Shown in pieces: positions 50,102-64,000 of a DNA stretch of 64,000 nt. Source of the stretch: the human T2T-CHM13v2.0 reference genome, Homo sapiens; the NCBI RefSeq assembly GCF_009914755.1, contig NC_060937.1. One strand, 5' to 3'. Below the pieces are notes generated by a model. It made no database searches. It worked only from the letters and a program-made list of their open reading frames with translations, and was not told the origin of the DNA. Position 1 is the first letter of the stretch. Every line of letters begins with the position of its first letter. Position numbers and translations under genes: made by a program.

Positions 50102-51181
50102 GTTTAGTTATTTTTCTAAAAAATAAAATAAATATTTGATGTTAGCAATAAAATTATGACATATAAGACCTTAAAGTACTTAGTAACGGAATGAAAACCA
50201 AAGTACTGGTTATTTAACACAGTAGCGACATCAACCTCCGTAAAATCAGACAAGAATATGGCCGAGAGATTAAATTCCTTGAAGGGGCTATGCCAAGCAA
50301 ACAAAACAAAACAAAAACAGTCCTTCAGGGCGATCTCAAAAAGTCTAGACACAAAGATATACCCATACAGTATTCCCTATCTATCCGCCCGAGTCTGCTC
50401 TGAATGAGTATCTAACTGGTCACTTAAACGATTTTAAAATCTAGAACACCATTTTAAACCAACCAAACCAAAGGTCAGAAAACATGCTGCCAATTCGTGG
50501 CTTTGCACTAGATAGGGAATAAACAAGGGCCTAAGCGAGTCGACTCTTCCTAATTATGGGACCTTAAAAAAAAAAATCACCGTGCACCGAAAGTTTCAAA
50601 AAACACCCTCTTTGCATAAAACTTTGCTCCAAAGAGGGAGCAGCAGCCAGCTCCGGTGCTCGGAACCCGGTTGGGGGGTGGCGGTGCCACCGCGAGGCAG
50701 CCTCGTTTCCTATCGGTTTGGCCCTGAGATGTATTTCTGTTCTGACTAAACACGTCCGGTCTGAAGTTTCTCCGAGTAAACAAGGATGAGGGACAAAAGC
50801 CACTCCTGCTCGTGGCTCGGTGGCCCCCTCCCCCAACTCGGGAAGTATTTTTTGGAGCCGTGAAAGTTGGGGTGACTCCTGCGCGGGGCGAGCCCCCCGC
50901 CCCTAGAACTTCGCCGGTGGCCGCGCGGCCGAGAAGAGAGGACGCGGCCCGGCTCCCAGGCCCGAGGCCGCCACGTGCGCCCGGCAGGCCCTGCAGGCCC
51001 GCGCCGCCGCCGCCCCCATTTTGTCAGGCTCGGCGCAGGGAGAAGCCCCGCTCGAAATGGGGGCTGGCTCCGCCCGCGGCCGCCGGGGCCGGCGCGCACG
51101 GAATGGCCGCTGCGCGTCTTCTCCGCCTGCGCCGCCGCCGCCGCGAGGGCGAGCGCGAGCGAGAATATGGCTCCTTCCCTT

Positions 51182-51208
51182 TGTGTGTGTGTGTGTGTGT
51201 GTGTGTGT
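51182..51208 (+). repeat. (TG)n microsatellite in HMGB1 intron 1
   Basis: About 13 TG units. Confidence 0.95.
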
Positions 51209-52212
51209 ATGAGAGAGTGTGTGAGTGCGAGGGTGCGGGCGCGGCGGCGGGCGGGGTGCGAGCCGCGCTCTGGCGCACACACTCGGCCATTACGGCCGGG
51301 GGAGGGGCGGGGGGCGCGCGGCCGGGCCCTCCCCTCCGCGCCGCTCCCCTCCCCCCGCCGCGGTGGGGGCCGCCCGAGGGCCCACCCGCCCGCCACTCCC
51401 CGTCTCCCTCCGCGCGGGCCGCGCGCCCCGCCGCCCCCGCACGGAGAACGCGGGGCTGTGAAAAGAGAGAGGAAAAAAAAAGTTGCCTCGGAACTGCTGC
51501 GCCCAGCTCCCCCGCCCGCCCGCCTTGTTTTCTCTCCAGCCAGCAGCGCCGGGCCCGAGTCAGCCATGTTCCAGCGAGCGCAGCGGCGCCGCTCCCCCCG
51601 CCGCCCGGCCGCCGCCGCCGCCGCCGCGACCGGGCCGAGGCCGGCCGGGCCCGCACTGCCGCCCCCAGGCCCCCGCGCCGCCCTCGCCCGCCGCGGCGCC
51701 CCGCCCGCCCCGCCGCCCGCCCGGCTGGCCGCGCTCCCCGCCAGCGCCCGGCTCGCTGCGGCGGCGGCCAATGCAGCCCGGGGAAGCGCCGCCGCTGCCC
51801 TCCCGCCGCCGCCGCCGAGCCGCGCCGGCCCCGCCGCCCCGGCCGCGCTCCGCGCACGCCGCCCGCCCGAACGCCCGGCCCGAGGGCCCAAAACACGTTC
51901 AAAATTTTTTTAATTAAAAAAAAAATTTTTTTTTTTGCGCCAGTCAGCGCGGACGCCGCCGGGGGTGGAAACTCGCGGGGCGCGGGGCTCCCGGCGCCTC
52001 AGGCTGCCTGAGGGCCGGGGCACCGGCGCGGGGCAGCGTTCCCGGCGCCCGGGCAGAGGCTCGCTCCGTGCGCAGTTCCCCCCACGGTCCCCCCTCATTT
52101 GCCTTTGTGTGGATCCTGACCCGCCGGCTCCCGGCCGCGGGGATCCGGCCGCCGCGCGGGCTGGGGAGCTGCCGGAGGCGCTCTCCCCGCCGCGGCGCTG
52201 CCCCAGACTCAC

Positions 52213-52360
52213 CCTCAGCGAGGCACAGAGTCGCCCAGTGCCCGTCCGGCTCTCACTTGCCCCGGCGCTGTCTCTATGGAGCTCAATGTACTGCAATGGC
52301 TGTGAGAGCGGGAGCCAGACGCAGCCTCCTCACTCTCTCCGCTCTGTAACATTACTCTCC
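52213..52360 (-). other. HMGB1: HMGB1 non-coding exon 1 (5' end approximate)
   Basis: Minus strand GAGTAATGTTACAGAGCGGAGAG...GTGCCTCGCTGAGG|gtgagt matches the recalled HMGB1 5'UTR and has a consensus donor. Confidence 0.88.
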
Positions 52361-52376
52361 AGCCAGCGCGGCTCCT

Positions 52377-52478
52377 ATTGGCTACCGCCAACTCACGGGG
52401 CTCGCTCATTGGCCCGATACCTCCCATTGTCCTGACCAGAGCCCGTTTGCTATTGGCTGTCTCCGGGGACACGTCATC
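52377..52478 (-). promoter_or_regulatory. HMGB1: HMGB1 TATA-less proximal promoter: three CCAAT boxes and a CRE/ATF-like site
   Basis: ATTGG at 52377, 52408 and 52452; GATGACGTGT (minus) at about 52469-52478. Confidence 0.8.
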
Positions 52479-54379
52479 AAGGATTGAAACAGCGCGCAAA
52501 TCTGAATGTGTGTGTATGCCGGGCAAAGAGGCTGAGGCGGGAGAGGCAGAGGCAGAGGCAGCAGCTGCTACGGGAAAGCAGAGCTCTATGGTGTATGTGT
52601 GCATGTGTCTAACCCAAGCCAGCCCCACACCGGAGCGGCCGCCGGAGCGAAAAGGGCCTGACTTTTCCACAAGTGTCTCCAACTCCTCAGGCAAAAGAGA
52701 CACCCACAGGTCTCCCCCCCCCCTTCTTGCCCCACATTCACGCCCAAAGCCGTTGAGATAAGAGGCCCCAGGCTTTTAATGGCCCTTCAAAAGTGAGGGC
52801 GACACTATGGGATCATGTCCCCTGAAAACTGGGGTCTCTGCTGGTGCTGAGGGGCGGAAGCCGCCGAGCCTCGAGCCCCTCAAAGGTCTCTGATTGCGTT
52901 ACACTTTAGGTCTCTGGAAAGGCAGGGCTTCTATAAGAAAGTGACATGATCCAGCCAGCCGGGTTTAAAATACCCCTTTTCTGGGCTCATAAGCCGTCAC
53001 GTCAGGCTCGCTGAGCAGCTGAAATCTTGAGTCAGTGAGCAGGCATTCAGTTTCACCCTTTTTCTTGGTTTGATCGAGTTTCACAGCATGTCTAGAACTT
53101 TTTATTTAAATACAAAGCACTGTCTTAACTTCCTGGAAATCAAATAATTATTCCATGTAATTAAAGAACAGCCACTTGGTTTGATATGGGGTACTCTAGC
53201 AGGAAATGTTTGTGAGGCCCTGGTAGAATTAGCAAATTCATTAGAGACCACATTCTAAACTGTTTGGCTATTTTATTTGACTTGGTGTGGATTACTGTTA
53301 CAATCAAACGAATCCTTGTGATGCTATCTTTCCCTCCCATCACACCACTTAGTGCATCCATGTAACTGCTCTAGGATTACAGGAGTTGTAGGTATATGGT
53401 TACCCGAAGGATTAGATGCAGGCAGAGAGTGCATGTGCCCAAATCCACAGGCTGTGGTTTCTCTAACTCACCAAGCTGGCTGGTATTAATAGACATACTT
53501 ACGTCTGTAGAGAAAATGTGCTGGCTGTAGTGGCCAGTTCTGAAGACTCTACAGTTATATCAGTCCTTTATGAAACTACTATCTATTCCTTTTAGCCTGA
53601 GCAGACCACGCCCCTATTCAGTTATAACAGACTTCCCTTTTTTTTCACTCTCTAATGGTATTTTGTACACTTCTAAATCCAACAACCAATTCCTCCAAAT
53701 GTAACAGATCAAATTTGGAATAAATCACCTACATCGTGTTAATTTGATTTTTTATATCGCTTATAAGCATCCATAACCTAATTTATTTCCTCAAATGTAT
53801 TAAACTACTTGAGAGTAAGCTTAGATAATCTTTCCTGTTTTAATGTTGATTTCTTTTTAAAAGAAAATACACTATCGGACTCAGGGATTATAGTCTTGGT
53901 GAATGGACAATATATCACACATGCACATGAAAAAGACTATAATATTAAAGAGGATATAAATTGGTATACTGCACATGCAGTGTTTAAAGATAATATATCT
54001 AAAGTTAACTTTTATGTTATTATTTTCACACATATTTACTATCCTCTGCTTCCCTCTACTAATCATTCAAATTTTATATTTTTTAAATCTAGATATTTAT
54101 TTCAATACTGTCTTATCTTCTCAATGTCTCATATTACAAAATATTCATGAGAATGATTAAGATACTTTCAGTGGCATCGATGATATTAAAATTTGACGAT
54201 TAGTTGAATATGGCACTATCAATATTTTCCAGGAGCAGTGTTGGCTTTGTACTGGCACGGCCATACACTTTACTGGTTGTCTATACCAGCTTGCTCCTGC
54301 CAGGGTGCATTTATGGCCACAGGACATCTTGAGAGCAATGGGCCCACACAAGGTTTCTATTTTGACAGGATGATATGGT

Positions 54380-54530
54380 GAGTAATAGGCACTGGAATTG
54401 AATAGACTTGGGTGCAAATCCCAGCTCTGCTACTTACTAGCTGTATGATCTTGGGCATGTTTTTAAACCTCCATGCTTCAATTCTCTCAGCTATAAAATG
54501 GAGGGGACCACAGGGTTGTAAAGATTAAAC
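54380..54530. mobile_element. MIR SINE
   Basis: GGGTGCAAATCCCAGCTCTGCTACTTACTAGCTGTATGATCTTGGGCA core. Confidence 0.8.
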
Positions 54531-54624
54531 TTTTTTTAATGTTTAAAATTATATAGACCCCTTCAATCCCATAATTTAGAAAACCTCAAGTGCAGTTAAC
54601 CTTGAGTTTTTCTTCATATTTTAA

Positions 54625-56610
<1,986 letters not shown>

Positions 56611-57059
56611 CTATCTTTGAATCCCAAGCACCTAGCAGAGTACTTGGCATACAGCAGGCATTAAATAAAGCCCGTTGCATAAATGAATTAATAGCTGAAG
56701 GAGTACGTATTGCAAATTATTGTTTTAACCTTCCTCTTCTATCTTTAGATCTAAAAGCATTTAGGTCTTTCTAAATCAAAAGGCAGGAAAATAGAATAAG
56801 AAGCGAATGTTAGGATACTAAGATTGAGGATAGGTGCCAATTACATCTCATTGACGTAACTTAAAAAGGGAGAGGCACAGTTGGAGGGTGAGAGGGGATC
56901 TCAAATGTAGAGAAACACATATAGTCTAAGCATTTACCAGTTTCCAATTAGGCCAAGATTATTCCTTGGTGGATACAGTGAACTATGGCAAGCCAAATTA
57001 GACTTTATCACAGAAAACTGCAAGATTGTCTGCCCAAAGATTGTTACCAATTGGCTTTT

Positions 57060-58374
<1,315 letters not shown>

Positions 58375-58389
58375 ACCAATGGGCTTTTA

Positions 58390-59124
<735 letters not shown>

Positions 59125-59949
59125 CTATATGAATTCTCTTGTCTGCTTTGCAAAACAGGCCAGTTTCGGAAAAGGAGAGGAAACGCTAACCCAAAATGTC
59201 TGATGAGGTCAACCATATAACCATACAACCATACTAAGGATCACACATACTGAAAACTTTTTTTTTTTTTTTAGGGCAGTGAAAATAAAGGAATGAGGCA
59301 TTTAGGAAAAGAAGAGAGCACAGGTTTGTGAACTCCAGACTAGAAGCAAGGATACTGACATCCAATCCCCTCAATTCACTATGCACGGACCTCTCATAGT
59401 CACCGAGGTCTATGCTCAGTTTCCTCAACATTTCCTTAGGGCTGTCACTACCTTAGTCTAACTTGAAAGGATGTTTCATGACTAAATGGAGAGGCAAGAA
59501 GAAAGACCAGAGGCAAAAGAGAGGGAGATGGTGCTATATGTGTTCATGTATGGAGAAGGAGAACCTCTTCCCCAGCTGCTTAAGTACCTCCTGCCTCAGC
59601 CCGAGTTTTCCGGGGGGAAATCAGCAGCTTCTCCGTGGGCAGCATTGATGATAGCCATCAATGCTATGGCACAGAAAATTGTACCAAAGCTAATTTATAT
59701 CAATAAGTTCTCTAGAATTGGATGATTTTACTGGTTAGTAAGGGGAAAATATCAGACCTTTCCTTAAGAGGCCTGTCCTCTGGTTAGTCAAAGAATGGTA
59801 CACATGACGAGTGGAAAACGCAATAGTAAAAGTTCTTACAGAAAGGTGATCTAAGTTCAGAAAAGATCCCTATATTAGGTCTTGATCTCAATAATCACAT
59901 CAAACATCAAATTCAGCTGCTCTATTAAAACTGCCTTACACCTTCAGAA

Positions 59950-60632
59950 TAAATGCTTATCACACACCCACGCAGATGGCTATAATCAAGGAGATAGACA
60001 GTAGCAAGCATGGGTGAGCATGTGGAGAAAGAAACTGGAACCCTTATGCACACTTGTGGAAATGTAAACGGGCAGGTGTTTTGGAAAACAAGCTGACAGT
60101 TCCTCAAAAGGTTAAACACAGATAGATAGCAGTTGACCCAGCAATTCCACTCCTAGGTATATACCCAAAAGAAACAAAAACATGTCCACACACACTTGTA
60201 CATGAATCTTCATAGCAGCAGCATTTGTAACAGTCAAAAAGTGGAAAACACCCAAATGCCCATCAACTGATGAGTGGATAAATCGAATGTGGTATATCCA
60301 TACACATACATATATATTTGACATTATGCTAAGTGAAAGAGCCCAGACATAAGAAGGCCACATATTGTATGATTCCATTTATATAAAATATCCAGAACAG
60401 GAAATATTATAGACAGGGAAGTAGATTAGTGGCTGCCAGGGTTTGGGGAAAAAGAGAGTGCCTGCTAATGGGTATGGAGTTTCTTTTAGGGGTACAAAAA
60501 TGTTGCAGATTAGATTATAGTAATGGCAGCATGACCTGGTAAATATGCCCAAAACCATTGAATTGTACACTGTAAGTGGGTAAATTACATGGTGTATGAA
60601 TCATATTTTGATAAAGCTATTTTTTAAAAAGC
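59950..60632 (+). mobile_element. L1MB/L1ME-like 3' fragment
   Basis: GACCCAGCAATTCCACTCCTAGGTATATACCCAA; GACATTATGCTAAGTGAAAGAGCCCAGAC; CCATTGAATTGTACACT. Confidence 0.85.
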
Positions 60633-61151
60633 AATAAATGTCTTACGAGTGGTTTTGGTTAACTAAAGACAGGAACAATGGAACACTCCCTCGCCAACTT
60701 TGCCTATTTCTTTCCTGCTGTTCATGGTGTTTAACACCTTGTGAAAAAGATGGTCCTCTTCATTAGGTAGAATTTTCATCTATTATTGGAGTTACATATT
60801 CTGTGCTTAAAGTATATTTTTGCTGCAAAATATTATAGTAATTTTAAACAAGCGCTTTTATAGGGATACCGTGGGAGGCTTTTCTGGAGAGCCGGGGGTG
60901 ACCGTAATGAGTATGCCCAGCCATGAAGGGTTAGGACTGACAGCGTAAACTGGCCCCTCTCTGGCCTTATCTGACCCACAGACGTTTCATTCGGTCAAAG
61001 CGGTGTTTTAAAAAGGTAGACATTGGGCAGGTATGGTGGCTCACACTTGTAATCTTAGCACTTTGGGAGGCCGAGGCAGAAGAGGAGTTCAAGGATGCAG
61101 TAAGCAGTGATTGAACCACTGCACTCCAGCCTGGGCGACAGAGCGAGATGG

Positions 61152-61529
61152 TCTCTCTCTCCTTTTTTTTTTTTTTTTTTTTGAGATGGTTTCGCTCTAT
61201 CGCCTAAGCTGGAGTGCAATGGTGCAACCTTGGCACTCTCTCTCTCTCTTTTTTTGTTTTTTTTTTTTTGAGACAGGGTCTTGCTCTTTCGCCTAGGCTG
61301 GAGTGCAATGGTGCAACCTTGGCTCACTCTCTTTCTCTTTTTTTTTTCTTTTCTTTTTTTGTTTGTTTTTTTTTTTTTTTTTGAGACAGGGTCTCCCTTA
61401 GGCTGGAGTGCAGTGATGCGACCTCAGCTCTCTCTCTCTCTCTCTCTTTTTTTTTTTTTTTGAGACAGTCTCGCTCTGTCGCCTAGGCTGGAGTGCAGTG
61501 GTGCAACCTTGGCTCACTGTCTCTCTCTC

Positions 61530-61560
<31 letters not shown>

Positions 61561-61690
61561 AGACAGGGTCTCGCCTAGGCTGGAGTGCAGTGATGCGACT
61601 TCAGCTCACTGTCTCTCTCTCTCTCTTTTTTTTTTTTTTTGAGATAGGGTCTCACCTAGGCTGGAGTGCAGTGGCGTGACCTCGGCTCAC
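61152..61690 (-). repeat. Alu-derived tandem array: six units of (CT)n-(T)n plus Alu 3' end; last unit continues as an Alu to about 61910
   Basis: Repeated TCTCTC-TTTT-GAGACAGGGTCTC...CCTAGGCTGGAGTGCAGTGGTGCAACCTTGGCTCAC. Confidence 0.9.
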
Positions 61691-61944
61691 TGCAGTCTCC
61701 TCCCACCTCTCCCCTCCCTTCACCCCACCCCAAGTAGCTGGGACTACAGGTGCACACCATCATGCCTGGTTAATTATGTTTTTGTATTTTTTGTAGAGAT
61801 GGGGGTCTCTCCATGTTGCCTGGGCTGGTCTTGAACTCCTGGGCTCAAGTGATCTGCCTGTCTCAGCCTCCCAAAGTGCTGGGATTACAAGTGTGAGCCA
61901 ATGTGCCCGGTTTGAGACCATCTCTAAAAAAAAAAAAAAAAAAT

Positions 61945-63281
61945 TCCCTGGGTGTGGTGGTGGCGCTCACCTGTAGTTCCACCTACTCACTCAGAAGGCT
62001 GAGATAGGAGGATTGTTTGAGCCCGGGAGTTTGAGGCTGCAGTGAGCTATGATCCTGCCATCACACTCCATCCAGCCTGGGCAACAGAGAGAGACCCTGT
62101 CTCTAAACAAACAAACAAAACCCAGAAAACAGTAGAAATCTTCACAATAAAAAATCCAGATATTTGGCTTCTTTTGAAAAGTGAGAGATCTGATAAGGTT
62201 GGGTTCACATTTCCACATGGGGAGGATGGTTGGAATGAAGAGTAACTGCCTCCCTCAAAGAGGTCAGGGTTCTCAAGTTTACCACAGTCCCCGCCATTCC
62301 CTAAGTGGTTAGCCTGACTTTTCACCCAATCATATCACCTCCCTGGCCCCTGCAGACATTTGAGTTGGGGCCTAAGCATTTCATATGATTGTAAACTGTA
62401 ATTCTGAAATTTTCTTGATCAGAGATTCTTTTTATAGGAAACACTTATTGTCATCATACAAACCATAGAGTGGGAAACTGAGAAACAGAACTGTTGTGAT
62501 ATCGCAGGTGGCATGTACTTTTTTTTTTTTTTTTTTTTTGAGACACAGGTAGCATGTACTCTCTCTCAGTTTTTTTATTTTGAGACAGAGTCTTACTCTT
62601 TTGCCCAGGCTGGAGTGCAGCCTCATTGCGACCTCAGCCTCTCAGGCTCAAGCTCAGCCTCCCGAGTAGTGGGATTACAGGCGCAAGCCACCACACTCAG
62701 CTAATTTTTTGTATTTTCAGTAGAGATGGGGTTTCACCATGTTGGCCAGACTGGTCTCGAACTCCTGACCTCAAGTGTTCTGCCCACCTCAGCCTCCCAA
62801 AGTGCTGGGATTACAGGCCTGAGCCATCGCGCCCAGCCAGCATGTACTCTTGAGATGAGGAAGAGAGTGGCTGTGCTGCCAAGAGAGGATGTCTTATGGC
62901 CCAGACAAAAGACTAGACAACAAGCTTTATTTAGCATGTGTCTCCCATGTGCTAAGCACTATACATAGAGTATTTTGTTTATGGCTGGTGTGATGGCTCA
63001 CGCTTGTAATCCCAGCATTTTGGGAGGCAGAGGTGGGTGGATCACTTGAGCCCAGGAGTTCAAGACCAGCCTGGCCAACATGGCAAAACCCCAGCTCTAC
63101 TAAAAGTACAAAAGTATTAGCTGAGTGTGGTGGCGTGTGCCTGTGATCCCAGATACTAGGGAGGTTGAGGCACGAGAATCACTTGAACCCAGGAGGCGAA
63201 GGTTAGAGAGAGCCAAGATCATACCACTGTGCTCCAGCCTGGGCAAAAGAGCGAGATTCTGTCTCAAAAAAAAAAAAAAAA
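61945..63281. mobile_element. Alus: right monomer 61945-62120(+), 62570-62838(-), 62983-63281(+); MIR follows at about 63300-63450
   Basis: Alu consensus matches; TGTCCAAGGTCACACAGCTAGT MIR core. Confidence 0.85.
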
Positions 63282-64000
63282 GATTTTGTTTAATCCTAAC
63301 AGTAATCCTATAAGGCCAGGATGCTTATCTGTCTTTTACAGGCAATACTAAGGGAGGCTCAGAGAGATTCGTTGAATTGTCCAAGGTCACACAGCTAGTT
63401 AGCAACAATATTGACCCAGTTCTGAGTCCAAAGCCTTGTGTTTTCTCCACTAAAGCCATATGATCTTGCGGTTATTAGCCTAGCTAATAAAATAAAAACG
63501 GTATCACATTTCCCCACCTAAATATGCATCACAGCCCCATAGGAATACTGACATACGTTTGAAATGCACAGTTCACATTCTTGGCTTTCAAGGTCTTTGA
63601 ATAGGACCCTTACAGTTTGCATATATAAAATCTGAAAAAAGTTTAATGAAACAATACCTACCATTGTTGCGATGGACTCCGATTTTTTTTTCCTTCACAT
63701 TTTAAATTTACTTCCCAATCCATCCATAGGCCCTGCGGTTTGTGAAACATGGAATTAGAGCAACAGTAAAGAAGTTCCATTTCCCATCCAGGGTAACATC
63801 AGGCCTAACTGACAAGTGCAGGTGCTGAGGCTGATTGAATAGGACAGAAAGGAGCAGCCAGGGGAGATGCCGAGCACCCAGAGCCTGCAGCCAAGCTCCC
63901 CAGCAGACCAAATGAAGCTTGTGCCAACACAGTGGGCCTGTCCCAAGCCCAGAGAAAGGCTCTGAAGACAGAAAAGGGGACTGCCTTGCTCTGCCAGGGA

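Larger units (their letters stand above)
50570..52870. promoter_or_regulatory. HMGB1: HMGB1 CpG island spanning promoter, exon 1 and most of intron 1
   Basis: Extreme GC and CpG density, (GCC)n runs, GC boxes. Confidence 0.93.

Noticed and set aside
47778-52360. Possibility that this HMGB1 is one of the many processed pseudogenes
   Set aside because: It has four GT-AG introns, an intact frame and a CpG-island promoter, so it is the parental gene
50746-52761. Long overlapping ORFs (399, 381, 312, 292 aa and others) on both strands
   Set aside because: Ala/Arg/Gly/Pro low-complexity products open in several frames because GC-rich DNA lacks stop codons; region is HMGB1 promoter and intron 1
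53809-54160. 113-aa ORF in AT-rich DNA upstream of HMGB1
   Set aside because: Non-ATG start, compositionally biased, no recognisable homology; may be an old repeat remnant
61152-61690. Repeat-spacer-like periodicity suggestive of a CRISPR array
   Set aside because: Units are Alu-derived, the intervening parts are CT/T microsatellites rather than unique spacers, there are no cas genes, and the DNA is primate

Overview
Human (primate) genomic DNA, Alu-dense, recognisable as the HMGB1 locus (13q12.3 by established knowledge). The complete HMGB1 gene lies on the minus strand: a non-coding exon 1 at about 52213-52360, four coding exons from 50101 to 47778 giving 215 aa, a long 3'UTR with several poly(A) signals, and a CpG-island promoter with three CCAAT boxes. 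At 14407-14871 (+) is an intronless, ORF-intact retrocopy of UBE2L3 (UBE2L5) with poly(A) tail and target-site duplication (TSD), about 5.5 kb downstream of a second CpG island (about 7900-8930) that looks like a bidirectional promoter. The rest is repeats (about 55 Alu/FLAM copies, L1, L2, CR1, MIR, LTRs, hAT DNA transposons) and non-coding DNA. Most ORFs in the track are Alu or GC-rich artefacts. There are no CRISPR arrays, rRNA or tRNA genes. I found no convincing wholly new biological system. The best leads are the intact E2 retrogene and its possibly recruited promoter, an Alu-derived higher-order minisatellite, several non-canonical retrotransposition footprints, an AP-1 site cluster, and an AT palindrome inside the HMGB1 CpG island. 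Repeat boundaries and subfamily calls are by eye and approximate.
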